Shown here in pieces: positions 50,615-64,000 of a stretch of DNA of 64,000 bases (positions are counted from its first letter, which is position 1; every line of letters begins with the position of its first letter). The notes beneath the pieces were generated by a model. The model was not told where the DNA came from, did no database searches, and saw nothing but the letters and a program-made list of their open reading frames with translations. The stretch is from Azolla caroliniana (lineage: Eukaryota; Plantae; Polypodiophyta), in assembly GCA_043228905.1 (NCBI GenBank), contig JBHGNT010000007.1, positions 17,856,001-17,920,000 on the forward strand, given 5' to 3'. Position numbers and translations under genes: made by a program.

Positions 50615-52577
50615 CTAGAGTTTGGAGAAACCTTCAAAGCTTTTCCTTCTTATGATGGCTTCAATCGTTCCATGTGGCTCATCCGTTGGTAAGTAAACGT
50701 CATGCTCAAACTGTATCAACACAAACAAGTAGAGCATTAACAAGTTACCTTAATATATAGTAATACATATCCACATGTATGGAAAATTTTCAAAAAAACC
50801 TTTGCATTTCGTGATATACCAAAACAAATGCCCTTGGTCAAAAACTGGAAGAAATTGCATTTAACACTAAATGCTGCTGACTAATGCCACTAAAAATTAG
50901 CAAAAAGATTAATATTGAATTCGTCCCTAACAAATGCATGAATCATCCCTAGTGAGCTTAGATTTGACACCAATCACTCGACTATCTCTACTCAAAATGG
51001 CATCAATCTAGCAATCATTAAATCATCCACAAATATAATGGCATTATGCAAGAGCCTCAATTTTTTAAGTAGTTTTAAATTAAAGGTAATTAGTTTTTTC
51101 CACTTATTGACCAAGGTCATATAGCTTGAAGATTTTTTGAAAGCCTGCAAGGCTTCAACCAATGATAAATGGCACTTTCTTTTCTGTATATATGGAACTC
51201 CAGTATAGATTCGAGAGAAGAGAACTTCCACACTACCTTTACACCAACAGTGGGCATGTTAACCGGTAGAAAGTGTATATTGGGCATACTTAATTTGATT
51301 GATTCGATTTCAGGCACTCTGGATCACCATGCAAAAGAAATCAATATTAAAATAAACACTATAAATTGCAGGACAAAGTGGCGTTGCAAAATTTACCTAC
51401 GCAAAACATCTTCACCCATCAGATAGAGCGTGCTCTGTACTGATGGGCTGTACACTCCGGTGTCATGTGGGCCAAAGAAGGTTGTTATGAGAGTAGCCCT
51501 CACATCTTCATATGCTCGATTATAGCAGAACGGCTTGTTCTGGTACCTACAAATATTACATGAAAAGTAACCACATAAGACCCACAGCATAATTATATTA
51601 CTGCAGTGCCTATTTTATACCTACATCTAAGTTCTAAATTTGGCACTATGGTACCTAAAAATCACATCTAACCACAAGACCCAAGGCTGATGTGTTGATT
51701 GGGTACATAAAAATCACATCTAACCACATACGCCCCAAGGCGATTTGTTGTTCCGGTACCTACAAATTCACATCTAACAACATAAGGCCCAAGGTAATCT
51801 GTTGTTATAATACCTATAAATTCATATCTAGCCATGTAAAGCCCAAGGCAAATTTGTCTCTAGGTACCTCCAAATCACATACAACCAAAGGTAATTTCGT
51901 TGTCATTGAGGTACCACCTAATCGTATTACAATAAAAACATGCACATCAAGAGAAAGCTGCCATTCACTAACCTCCATACAGCCTTCACTTCAGTTGCCA
52001 AAATTCGCTCACGAACCTCCGGGAGTAGGGTAAACTTGTCTCTGATAAAGCCCTCAAAACCAGACTGTACAGCAAAGCACCAAGTTATATAGAAAATATA
52101 AAGATACAACAAATGCCATAAAACAAAGTCATGGGAAGAAGTTTCAATCAAACCTGAGTTGTCTTTAAGATAGACAGTTCTTCAATTCCAGATGACACGG
52201 TCACAGAACCATTATTTTCTACTATAACTTCACAAGTGTGGAAACCTTTTCCTAGCTTATATCCTGAACAAAAATAGCAGGGTAAACCTAAATTTGTTGC
52301 ACCCATATTTTTACTTCTTCAGGAAATATTCAGCCAAAGCATATTATCGCTGGCCATGCCAGTTTCAAAGATATAACAAAATATTCGAAACTTTACCATG
52401 GCTATGTACTTTGCCATCAATGACAACAGGTTCCCATGGCTTCTCAATGATGTTGACCTGGGCTTTTGTCACCTGAATCATTAAAAACAAATCTTTTTCA
52501 AAATTGTACATTATATATACACGTTATAAGCCCAAAGTAATCAAGACAAGAAATGTGTGGTATAGATATATACATAC

Positions 52578-52630
<53 letters not shown>

Positions 52631-54247
52631 TCTATAGATAGATAGGTATATAGATGGATATATGTATACATCATAAGATGCAAGAGAAAATGTAAATACC
52701 ACAAGTATGCATTCATAAAATGTAAAGGCCAGATACCAGTCATAAATCCTTTCCTAAAGAGGAGATGAGAAATACCACCGAATATGTGTTTACAAAATGT
52801 TGTCCAAGCAATATGCCAAATTCCTCCATTGAGATGGCTTTTGCACATTCCTTTGCTTTTGCATATACCTATCAAGACCGAATAAACAAACTTATGTTGA
52901 CATTGGTGACTGTAACGATCAGAGTCCACACAAAAATAAGACTGGTAATGACTGCCATAATCAACCAAACAAAATATGAGGTTTACGAATTTCTAATTAA
53001 AAGAAAAGATTGTATATCCACTTTCAACAATATTAACAAACTTATATTAAGTTTGGTTATCATAATAGTCAAAGACTACACAAAAATATGACTGGTAATG
53101 ATTGTCATAATCAACAAAACAAACAATGAGGTTCAAGAATTTTTAAAATATTAGCAAACATGGATTAACATTAATTACCTTCATAACCTGTCAAAAAAGG
53201 GACTAAACAAACCTAGAGTAACATGAAATACAGACATAAACAAACAAACAACAACAAAACGCTAATCAGACTTTTCTTCAGAAGTTTCCAAATAAAAGGA
53301 CAAATTCGCATTCAAGCAGAGAATGCAGCCATAGATCAACACAAAGTACTGTCATAATCAGGTAGCAAAATGACTAAAATATTAGATTAACATTAGTTAC
53401 CGTCATAATCAAGTACAGGAAATACTAATCAAACCCTCTTTTTGAATGTTTTAAAAAAATCAGCTTAAAGGAGAGAAGCAAATAAGACAAAATGGGGAAA
53501 AAGAAAATAAAAATGCAGACAGGAAAAAAAATTAAAACTTCAAAAGAGAAATCATATATAAGATGAATCAAAACAAAATGGGGAGAATGAAAAACAACGA
53601 ATCGAAGTAGGGGGAAAAAAAAAGATCAATAAACACATGAACCCGAACAGAGGGAAAAAGAAAGGCAAAATAAACATATGAATCAAGTAAGGAAAGAATA
53701 AAGGATGAATCAAAATAATGTGGTAGGAAAGAAGAAGAAGGATGACTTAAATAAGGAAGGAAAGAAAAAGGACGAATCAAAACATGAAGGAAAGGAGGAG
53801 GAGAAGGATGATTGACAGATCAAATGAGAAAAGAAAAGGAAGTGAATCAAATTAAAACCATAAATCAAGAACAAATGAAACAAAGATGAATCAAAAACAT
53901 GAGGAAAAGATGCACGAATGACAAAGAAGAAAAGGGGGGGGCGGAGCAACATGGGGGAGGGGATATAAAATTAACGACACAGAATCAAGGAAAAAGCAGG
54001 AAGGAAGGAATAAGTGAGGAAAGGGAAGAGGAAATCTAACTGTATTTTTGATGGAATCGGTGGCAACGATGGCAGAGTTGTCCGCGAGAGTGAAAGCAGA
54101 ATCACAATGGGAAGAGAGGAAAACAGAGACCCCCCATTCAACGAAGATCTGAGGGTGAGCAGCATCATCATCACCATGAATTGTTCTTCTCCAAGCTCTG
54201 GCGATTCGGACCCTGGACTTCCCATGCCTGTGTTCGCCCAATACCAT
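50615..54247 (-). CDS. UOX: Urate oxidase (uricase), peroxisomal, 8 exons, ~301 aa
   Basis: Exons 54247-54041, 52868-52776, 52472-52397, 52263-52154, 52064-51973, 51546-51397, 51318-51237 and 50710-50615, all GT-AG with a continuous frame. Motifs HGKSRVR, IVATDSIKNTVY, LKTTQSGFEGF, YSPSVQSTLY, MPNIHF and PTDEPHGTI; C-terminal PTS1 SKL. Confidence 0.96.
51610..51920. repeat. Degenerate ~55-bp tandem repeats in UOX intron 5
   Basis: About 5 units of GGTACCT.AAATCACATCTAACCA...CCCAAGG. Confidence 0.75.
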
Positions 54248-54408
54248 TGTCTTAGATGCTCTTTTCTCTTCTTCTTCTTCTTCTTCTTCTTCCTTCTTCT
54301 TTCTTCTTTCTTTCTTTCTTCTTTGGTTTTCCGGTAAGAAGAACAAATTTTGAAACAAATGAAGATGGAGGACTAAGTCTAGAAGGAAGAAGAAGGCACG
54401 CTTAACAA

Positions 54409-54448
54409 TCAGGTCAAGTCAGGTCAGGTCAAACCAAGTCAAGTCAAG
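54409..54448 (-). promoter_or_regulatory. Cluster of four W-box (TTGACY) motifs upstream of the UOX start codon
   Basis: GGTCAA at 54412 and 54427, AGTCAA at 54437 and 54442, within a pentamer repeat ~165-200 bp upstream of the ATG. Function is inferred only. Confidence 0.35.
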
Positions 54449-54489
54449 ACTCATGTTTAACAATCGGCATCAGTCCAATTCCGCAGCTT

Positions 54490-54870
54490 AACGGTTTGGT
54501 TCGGTTCAGGTTTAGGTTTTTTAAAGCGGTTCCGGTTCAGGTTCCGGTTTGGTTTCAAGAGTCAGAAATCGCGGTTTTAAACGGTTTAACAGTTTTTTTT
54601 TTTTTTTTTTTAAATTTGTTTTTAAACAATCCTTTCATTTTTAGACCTTATATTCTCACATTCTTAAAAATTTTAAAAATTAAAAATAATGAAATATTAT
54701 AAATTTTTAAAAATTACAAATTTGACCTATGTTGAAAACCGCAACCGAACCACAAAACCGTGGTTTTTACAGTTTAATGGTTTAACTATTTCTTGGTTCG
54801 GTTCAGTTTGGTTCAAGTTTCAAAAAAATAAAACGGTTTGGACCCTCTCGAACCGAACCGAACCATTGCC
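54490..54870. mobile_element. Small non-autonomous element rich in AACCG/CGGTT motifs (MITE-like)
   Basis: GGTTCGGTT clusters at the left, AACCGAACC clusters at the right and an AT-rich core. TSD not identified. Confidence 0.5.
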
Positions 54871-55254
54871 AATTGTTACTCATGTGTTTCCGATTGAGTT
54901 CCAAAGGATCTCCTCTCTGGTAAGAGAACACGAAGGACCTCCTCCCATAGTACACCTCTTTGGGCAGCATCTCGGCTTGACCACCCTCTCCCAACACCAA
55001 GCCTTACGAGTATTTAAGCTCCCATTCAGGTTGGCTGCGGGAAAAAGAAGAAGAAGAGAAAAAAAAACGTCGTCAGATCCATTCTCATGGTGCTGCCAGT
55101 TCCTTGTTGAGACCATCGAATAAGCACCCATCTCTCACACCTCAATCGTACTTACCAAATACCCCGATACCACAGCTAGTCGAACACATGGCCCTAGCAC
55201 GATTCGAGACGATTAAGCTCTCTTCTCTTTTAGGATGAAAACCCATTGCAATAA

Positions 55255-55512
55255 GGGGGTTGACAATGGTTTCCTGTATTTACAATGCCTAGAAGTTGTG
55301 ATATAGCATACCCATATGGATTCAGCAACTAGGCAAGACGGGAAATAGGGGTCTGGCAACCTCATCACTCATTTTATAGAAGGAGGGGGATGACAATGGT
55401 TTCCTTTATTGACAATGCCCAAAAGTTGTGACATAACTGACCCACATGGATCCAACAACTAGGCAAGGTTAGGTAATTGGTGCTTGGCAGTCTCGTCACT
55501 CGCTCTATAGAA
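55255..55512. repeat. Diverged direct tandem duplication, ~130-bp unit x2
   Basis: GGGG.TGACAATGGTTTCCT...CAACTAGGCAAG...CACTC...TATAGAAG occurs twice. Confidence 0.75.
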
Positions 55513-55949
55513 GAAAACTTATCCCTCCTGATGAAATGTGCGAGCTTTTTAAATTCACCGACAAAGGCAACTCACCAACCATTACCCACCATAGAGATAC
55601 TTTCATACAAGCTTAAAGAGTGTTGGCTACCACAAACCTACTTGTAATATCTTTGAAGAAGTGATCTCTTGCTTTACTTCTACAATGAACCTACTCGTTC
55701 AGTTCTTATTGCATTCTAGTCCATCACACTAGTGGTTCATTCACACCATGTGTCATAGGCAACACAACTTAATGTCTTTTAGTGGAGTCACTTTCTCTAG
55801 CACGGAAAGACCCATTCTTCTAACTTATCTAAGCAGAGATTGCTAAGTTCATTGGTTGTGCATTGTTTTTGTTTCTCCTGGATGAGATCAATGTACTGTT
55901 GTCCTTCTCTACACATAGTTCTCGTTTTTAGTAACACTTTTATTACTAG

Positions 55950-57700
55950 TGGGAAACCTCAAAGTGAGGTGAAAACCCACAAAGAATAAAGAAAAATATA
56001 CAAGTGTCGATTAGACACTAAAGAGATTAAAAGCACTCAAAGTAAAGATTGTAAAGAGATTGCTTGAGGGATTGCTTAAAGAAGCTAACTTCATGCAGTT
56101 GGTTTCCATCAAAGACCTTATTATTGCGGGCTGTCCAAATGGTCCAGAGTGCCCAAAATCGTGTCCATCAGAGAAAATAGGCATTGTTGGATAGGGCGCG
56201 CAGAATTTGTCTAAATATCCAAAAGTGTTTGCCAAACCTTCGGCCAGGAAATCTGTGATAAAGAGATGCACTTAGTCTTTGTACAAATGTTGTAGTGAAT
56301 GAGCACGTCCATAATAAGTGTGGGATCGTTTCCAATCATCCACTACATCTTCCACAATGCGGTGAGGTTATCAATCTCTTTTGAAGATTCGACCCAGTCG
56401 GGAGCACACCCAATAGGCATCTCCATAAGAATACACGTTGCTTAAGTGGAATACCAGAGCTCCATAAGCTTGTAAGTATGTTTTTCCACTAGGACTGCTC
56501 TTTGTGTAGATTGCATAATTCATTTGCATGTTCGTGAAACCATGGGACAAGTTGCAACAACACATACATTGAATGTGTTGTAACGTTATGCATTGGAATA
56601 ACAATGTTCCCTTTTTGTAACATCCAATCCTGAATCCTGCGATCTCCATCAAGAGGTGGCACATGTACTAAAGAAAGTACCAACTCTGTGACTTGATTCC
56701 AGATAACACGATGATGTGGCCCAAGAATATAACGGCATGTCATGTCATTGAAGTGTAATAAGTGACCTTGGTCATTTACCACATGTGCAATTGATTTCAG
56801 CCCCTTCTTTGCTAAAAAATAAGCTTTCCTAGGCTCTTGTTCAGCTAGTGACTGTGGGAATATAGCACTCCAGTGTAAGCTTTCGAGGCGTAAAGAGTTC
56901 CCTGATTCTGAATTCCTACCTCTCCATTTTATGTGGTGCAATACTTCCTTCTAGTGCTTTAGAAGCTTTGAGCTAAACGGATAGCCTTTGATGTGCCCGT
57001 CAAGCTTTCCAAACACTACATCCCAATGGTTAGTATCCCATGAGTCAAATGACTTGATTTTCAAATGATCAAACAAATCATATAGCATTCTTGCCCAAGG
57101 CAATGCTTGTTGAGCAAATTTTGGCAATAAAGTAGCTTTTCTAGCCAACATATGCAAATGCAAATTAAGAATATTTAGCCCTCCACTCAATCGTGGAGCA
57201 CATATCTTCTCCAGTGATAGGAGTCGTATACCTCTATGCGATTGCTTAGAGTACCAAAAACTGCTTATAATTTCTGAGTTAATCTTTTGTATCATGTGTT
57301 TTGGCCAATCAATCATAATTAAGTAATATTGCATGTAAGCCATGAATATAGATTGCACTATCTGCAATCTGGCATGGATTGTCCATGTTGCAATCTTCCA
57401 ATAGCTTAGCTTTTGTCTCACTTTTTGTAGAACCCATTTAGCCTTTCTTTTCCCTGTTGCATTCCATCCCAATGGATAGCCAAGATGTCTAACCATTTCA
57501 TTTGGGCTAACAACTTGACTTGACCACAAAAGTTGATACCAACTATATGGTGTCAAGAGTAGAAGTTTGGACTTGTTGAAGTTAACATGCAATCTAGCAA
57601 CTAATCCATACAATTTGAGGGCATCCAGAATCACCCTCATATCATTTGGATTGTTTTGTATCATCTGCATATACCACATCATGAAACACACCAAACCTCA
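55950..57700 (-). mobile_element. 5'-truncated L1-like LINE fragment (RT C-terminus and downstream region)
   Basis: LHVNFNKSKL...VRHLGYPLG...KVRQKLSYWK...APRLSGGLNILNL in ORF 56951-57694, continued in 56489-56941 with stops. Confidence 0.82.
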
Positions 57701-59565
57701 TTGTAAAAAGCTATAAAAACCAAATTTTGTTACTTTTGTAGCTCTTCTTCCCTCTTCATTTTTTCTCTCCTCCTATAACCTACCTTGAGCTCTCTCTTGC
57801 CCCTTCCTTAACCTTTCACTTAAGTGAGTAGAGTGATTAATTCTAAGAATTAATAAGCTATACCTTAGTCATTCATCCTTTTGTATGTGCGTTGGGAACT
57901 CTTGTATTGATTGAGATGGGGATGATGTTAACACATATATAGTTTATCTTTACGTATATGTGTACCTTTTATTATCTTTACGTATATGTGTACCTTTTAA
58001 GGTCTTCTTAGGACTTAATTGGTCTCTTAATTAATAGTTAACACAAGGAAGTGTGAGGGGGAGTTTGTGAGGTTAGGGTTGTGCAACTAGAGGATGAAGA
58101 GTGATGCACAACCACTCTTGCTTGGTTTGCTACCAATAGGGTATACAACAGTTCGAATCCTTTGGCTCACGACATTGAAGTGGAGGTAGAATACCATCAA
58201 TCAATAGACATGCTCCTACTGGTGTGCATATTGAAATGACAAAGTTTCTTATCCAAACACTTGAACATGGTTGTAAGATGTTGATGTCCTTCCAAGTTTA
58301 ATTAAGAACTCCATTAAGCAATTTACATGACGATTAGTTGATGAGTTGAACCCATTGATAATCGCCCATAATGAGTATCTTGATGACACATTCTTGGATG
58401 GTCTGATTCATCTTCGTTATAATCCATTTTGAGGTGCATATAAAAGGAATAAACTACATTTATATACCACAAGAAGAGAAAATATATTCTAATTTAGTAG
58501 AGAGATATTCACCATCATTATCACTAGGCAAACATTTAACTTGATAGTTTGATTTAGTTTTAACTAATTTAACTCACTTCGAAATATAATTAATAACATG
58601 TGTATTTATGAACAAGGAGAGAACTCCTCATTTTCAACTAACATAATCAACAACAACGTTGACAATATTTTTGAGGGGTGTGGGTGAGGACAAATATCAC
58701 TTGACTCGAAGAATGAGATATCAAAGAGAAGGAAAATACCCTTTTCATACAAGGATATTCATGGCAACTTGGTTCAAGTGGCCCAAGCAAAAATTCTATA
58801 GCTAACGATCAAGAATTTTAGCCACTATGATATATGGCTAGATTAAACCACTTGAAGCATGCATACTATAAAGTGTGTTAGTTTTTGAATCATGAGCAAT
58901 AAACATTGAACATTTAGCTAAATTCCAGCTTGTGCTACTAAATATTATATGCATAATTATGCCACGTACAATAGGCTCCATTAATGGTTATTATCTATTC
59001 AACTTGCTAGCTCAACAATTTTGAAGAGTTTTGTAACTAGGACATCCTTAAATACCTAGATACTTCAAAATGTGTAGCATATATTTAGACGAGTTAAGGT
59101 TCTAGATATCCCACTCTTTAAAATATCCTTCAACAATGGCGCTCACTTGACATACATATTATGGCATAAAGTTTAGGCCATTGGCAAAATTGAGATGCAC
59201 TCTTCTTTTATTCATATATCAAGAAGTCATTGGATCCAACAAAGTTGTGGTCTTAAGTTTTATGAAGTTGATCCACAAATAGCTTTAATTGTTGCTTTGT
59301 TGAAGATGTTTAACAACATCAATTAAATTTTTTGTTAAAGTGCACGAGCATATAAGGTTTTACAAACAACATCCTTCATACTAACATGGGTGTAACTTAG
59401 CCTTTTTCAATGGGAAAATCCTTTGTTGGAACCTTTCACAATGTGAATGTGCCATTGGACTTGTTGATAACAAGAGATGGAGAAATATGATAAGGTACAC
59501 AGAAAAATTTATGAAAAGACACGGGAGACGGAGTTTGATGAGGAACAAGATTCTAATAGAAACTA

Positions 59566-59878
59566 GGGAAAAGTACCAGGATACCCCTGGAAGTTCTTCT
59601 ATTTACCAGAATGCCCCTAGAAGTTCCAAATTTACCAAACTACCCCTATGCCCAAAAAATTACACTTTATAAAGTAATTATACACTCAAATCTACAAGCC
59701 CTATTTATCAAAGATGGAAGAAATGGACCCGAACTAGCCCTATTTACCAAAGATTTGAGTGTATACTTACTTTATAAAGTGTATTTTTTTGGATATAGGG
59801 GTAGTTTGGTAAATTTGGATCTTCCAGGGGCATTCTGGTAAATAGACGAACTTCCAGGGGTATCCTAGTACTTTTCCC
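59566..59878. mobile_element. Mutator-type MITE, 313 bp, ~125-bp TIRs, 9-bp TSD
   Basis: GGGAAAAGTAC(C/T)AGGATACCCCTGGAAGTTC... inverted at both ends. Perfect TSD TAGAAACTA at 59557-59565 and 59879-59887. Confidence 0.93.
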
Positions 59879-61539
59879 TAGAAACTATTTGAAATGAACC
59901 ACGATCAAGCGTTTTAGAAAGCAAAAGAGGGGGAAGTTTAAAGAGCTATATCTAAAACAAAAACAAACAATGCCCTTATACGAATTGGATGAAGTAGTAT
60001 TCTTTAATGAATATTAAGATTGTAGCATAAAGCAATCACCACTAACATTCTTTTGTCCTACAAGAGTGTCTGTTTGTTGTGTAGAGGAAGAGTCAATGCA
60101 TTGTCGAGTTGAACAAATTGTGGAATTTGTCACCATATATGCTTGTTGATAGCTGATTTGTTAATGCCATTAGTACATTTCAATTTTTGATAAAGTAGGT
60201 ACAATGTTTTCATTATAGAAACAAATGCAATTTCTGACACTTTACTTTGATGACCAAGGATTGATGAGTTACTTGTAAAGCATGAAATGAGGAGATGTGG
60301 TTGGGTTGTGCTCTTTCAATAAAATTGTTATCTAATATGAAAATATGAAACTCTTCTAAAAAACCATAAGATATCATTCCACTTTCGCTTTGTAAAGTGT
60401 TTCTTTCCGTTATGCCCTTCTTTACTTACATTGCATGATAAGCTATTGTTATTGAAGCATACTTAATGTCTTTACTCAATACAACTTTACGAATATGCAC
60501 AAATTCGTTGGTAGCTCCATAGTGCAATTTCCACGAGATTTAGTATAACAAGATTTCAACTTCTTTTGAGGCCTATATAAAACACATTATACACATCTAC
60601 AAGAGAATCAACTACAACGTATAATGTTTTTATGTGAATTCATTGAGTAACTACTTTATCTAATGACTCAACATGTTTTTTTGTAGCCACTTTTGATTAT
60701 CATATTCATCTCTCATTTTCATGTTCTTTTAACAATATGCACGACAAGGAATCTTGCCCCATTCATGTATTGAATTGACTAATAATGCATTTGAAGAACA
60801 TAAAACAATGGTCATCATGAGCAATATATGAAATGCATGTGAAATCAAGTGGAAATTCCCCTAAATTAATTTCCATATTAGCTAGTCAAATGCTTGCTAC
60901 CAATATACAATTTAACGCTAAGTAATCCAACTTTCCCCTTTCATCACATCAATCTACATAAAACTAAGAAAAAAACAGTAGTAGTACATCTTGTGAAGAC
61001 CAATTTATAACCAAATAACGAATTTAGCCCATCAAGTGGCTTTTTGTGGCCCAAATGCCAAGGGATGTGCATCACTATAATAAAAAAGCATGATAATTTC
61101 CACCATTTGATTCATATGTCCCACTTACTGAACATTGCATTGAAGAGATTCCATGAATGGGGTCTTGATTTTGTTTTCCCTTTCAAATTATTCAGGATAG
61201 AGATTAGCAACCCCACGGGCCACTACATTATCATGGCAATTGATTGTTGCTCCAATTGGGTCAAAATTGGAAGCTTTGCATGGCAACAAGGTGGACTCAA
61301 CAACTCACTTCTTCTATGGGCATATTTTTAGCATACATTTAGTTGGCCAATCAAATTAGTAGCAAATCAATGGGGTCGGTTCATCAACAACAAGATTCAA
61401 CATCTCAATCGAGAATATGAAATTGTCCTTAAATGAAGTATTTCATATTACCTTTAGATAAATGACCACATAAAATCCACTAACAAAGCTTTCCACACAA
61501 TCCTTAAGAGTCGATCAATGCCACACCAATTGTCATTAG

Positions 61540-62064
61540 TATGCGGAATAGTGCTCGGCCACGACCGAGTCTCACTAACTTCAATGGAAGAAAAATAGAA
61601 AATAAGATAACATAGGATGTTAACGTGGAAAACCCTAATCGGGAAAAACCACGGGAGCCCACAGACTCCAACTATCACTATGAGAGGAAGGATACAATGC
61701 GAGACTTAGAGGCAACGACCTCGAGCTCCGTGTCTTCGCCAACCGGTGGTTACAACAGAAAATACTTTCTGTTTCTCTCTCACTCTCTCTTTCTCTCTCG
61801 GTGTATACAACAAAACAATAACAACATCATACTAAACACTATTTGCCCTAGTTATATTTATACTCATATAACTTACGGGCTATTTACAAATATGACCTCA
61901 ACGGTCACGTCTAAACATATTTACAAATATTTTCCTGTTTGTTGGTTTATACCGGATACGGTCAGACTCCTTCTAGGTCCATCCGGTTCGGTTCCTTCGT
62001 CCCGTCTAATCCGGCTTGTCCGGTTCTCATTCGGATCCCATCCGGAGGGACCTGTTTCCCAACA
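61540..62064 (-). mobile_element. Copia solo LTR related to the Copia B LTR, 5-bp TSD
   Basis: TSD ATTAG at 61535-61539 and 62065-62069; ends TA(for TG)...AACA. Shares CGTGGAAAACC...ACGGGAGCCCACAGACTCCAA with 3710-3760. Confidence 0.88.
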
Positions 62065-62454
62065 ATTAGAAACTTCCATCGAACTATGAGCGTAAAACAC
62101 AAGCAATTGGGCTAATATTTGAGTAGCATCATATTGTCTTGCATTCCATGTAGAGGCAAAATATTGTTGAATCTTGAGTACCCAACTTACATATCAAGTC
62201 CAAGAACAATTGGATGAGAATGAGTTGCTCCACTAACAAAAAGTTGCATTGCTCATCTTGGGAGAAGATAGTGTCACTAATATGTTGTGGATGGAATAAC
62301 TCTAACAATGATGAATAATTAACAATTAATTAGTACTTTGATTAAAGTGGAGAAGGGGTCCTTTGACAATGTAGGGTAGAGAAAGTATTAATTATATTCT
62401 CACCCCTTGAGGGTCATTACACTTTTTCTTACATATAGTAGGGAATAAGGAAGA

Positions 62455-64000
62455 GAACTGGCGATCGAGGGTGCGGAGAAAGACCGGCAGGTTTTAGACA
62501 CCGTTGTTTGAAACTCCGGACATTGGAGAATCAAGCGCAGGCGGTGCTTGATCGATCAAAGGCTAGATGCTTCCCGCCGGTGGTGCTTGGGAGTCGGTAT
62601 CCCCGAAAGAGTTGTCGGCAAGTCGTTTACGAAAAGGAAGCCCCACATCTTGCTCAGAGACTCCGGTAGCCGGCAACAAGAGCCGGCGTGAGACCTAGAG
62701 AGATGGGAGACGGTGGCGGGCACGCGAGGATAGGGACGACGAGTTTGAGAGAGGCACAGGTGGGTGAGGATAAGGGAAGCCGATCCTTCGATTTCCTCAC
62801 ACCGATCCGGAGACTCTAGCAGTTCGGCCAACGTGGCAACGTGAGACCGAGAGAGAAGGACGGTGGCAGCGAGAAACGGGATCCGGAAATGCGATGGGAC
62901 CCGGACGAGAACCGGGAGAGTGGCCTTCCAGACAACCGATTTGGAAGGGAGAGAAGTCGGTACAATGGTACTGAGGGACAGGGTGTGGAGCGAGCCACCC
63001 TCTCGACATGCAGAGAGAGACGACCCGAGATAAGGGTCCGAGATACGAAGAGCCCGAGGAGGATCCTTCACACCGGTTCTAGAGACTTCGGCGGTCGGCA
63101 TCGGATCCGACGTAAGACCAAGAGACTGACGGTGACAGTGAGGGGACGAGGGCGGAAGGCAGGGATAGGCCGGTCCTATGGGTCATCTCACACCGGATCT
63201 AGAGACTTCGGCGGTTGGCATCGGATCCGACATAAGACCAAGAGCCTGATAGTGAAGGCAAGAAACGAGACCTGGCTACGCGGAAGACACGAGGAGAGTC
63301 GAGATGGACTCAAACAAAAGACACCCCGAATTTCGGCAAGCAAAGAAATGAAGTCCGGTCCTATGGGATCCTCACGCCGATTCGGAAACTCCGGCTATTC
63401 GGCCAACGTGGCAATGTGAGACCAAGAGAGAAGGTCGGTGGCGGCAGGGAACTGGACTAGGCAATACGAAGTAACGGATCGGGAGTTGTCTAATTGCGAA
63501 ACCCTTACCGACCGGTTATGGTTTCCGAGAGAGCCGGTAAGGGCAAGCACAGGTGGTGTGTCGGGCCGACAAGGCACACCCAGGGTGGAACAAGAGTCGT
63601 GCAAGTGGCCATAGCGGGCCGAATCGGAGCACGACTAAGAGACGACACATGGAGGTGCCGGGAACGCGGTAACGGGTGCGCGGCGGATTGCACGGGTCGG
63701 AGACCGGAAAGGATATATGGGCCGGAGACGGATCCTCCATACCCGCTTCGGAGATCTCGGTGGCTCAGTCAGAGTGGCGACGACTGGCGTGGCAAACCAA
63801 GCCCGAGATGCCAAGCCGGTGGGGGCGAGGGGACGATGGCAAGCAGAAGCCTCCGGACCGGTTGCAGCAGCGCAAGAAGAAAGGAGGGCCAAGCAGGCCA
63901 CTATGGGTGTTCCTCGGACGCAAAGGACACCAATAAGCAGAGAAAGAAGAGCGGTGGTGCCGGGACAGAGAGTGTGGACCGGTAAGGAAGTGTCTTACCG
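62455..64000. other. Unassigned GC/CpG-rich block with internal direct repeats, probably a young transposon running off the window
   Basis: Abrupt GC rise. ~120-bp duplication at 63060-63250. TTCGGCCAACGTGGCAA.GTGAGACC.AGAGAGAAGG repeated at ~62823 and ~63398. No recognisable protein domain. Confidence 0.4.

Larger units (their letters stand above)
58100..62360 (+). mobile_element. Highly decayed Gypsy (Athila-like) pol remnant hosting later insertions
   Basis: Integrase remnant FHEWGLDFVFPFK...HYIIMAIDCCSNWVK (61044-61331) resembles 8493-9221 and continues after 62069. Traces of RT at ~60000-60500. The left boundary is approximate. Confidence 0.6.

Noticed and set aside
18879-54247. PPR-GBP-UOX as a functional gene cluster
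   Set aside because: The pathways and compartments are unrelated (organellar RNA editing, plastid tetrapyrrole control, peroxisomal purine catabolism), and no shared regulatory signal was seen.
53891-54358. 155-aa ORF as the full uricase first exon
   Set aside because: The upstream Lys/Glu run is a (GAA)n 5' UTR microsatellite and the tail runs into intron 1. The real exon is 54247-54041.

Overview
Eukaryotic land-plant nuclear DNA; a fern is the most likely source (inference from the transposon repertoire and gene style). Three apparently intact host genes sit in a heavily nested transposon landscape: an intronless PLS-E class PPR gene (18879-20831, +), a 5-exon glutamyl-tRNA reductase-binding protein gene GBP (25908-23567, -) and an 8-exon peroxisomal urate oxidase gene UOX ending in SKL (54247-50615, -). 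Bases 1-17.5 kb are a five-element LTR retrotransposon nest: three Copia elements, one near-complete Athila-like Gypsy with a ~1030-codon extra ORF, and one tRNA-Trp-primed Gypsy. Between GBP and UOX lie three diverged copies of a two-gene Mutator-like element (MULE/SWIM transposase plus a zinc-finger/Ulp1-like gene) interleaved with Copia and Gypsy remnants. The right end holds an L1-like LINE fragment, a decayed Gypsy carrying a Mu-type MITE and a Copia solo LTR, and an unassigned GC-rich block. The most unusual observation is a sense-strand, CCA-terminated copy of the element's own primer tRNA (Arg-like) at 13202-13288, just upstream of the Athila-like 3' LTR, near where the polypurine tract is expected. 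All coordinates were read by eye and no searches were run.
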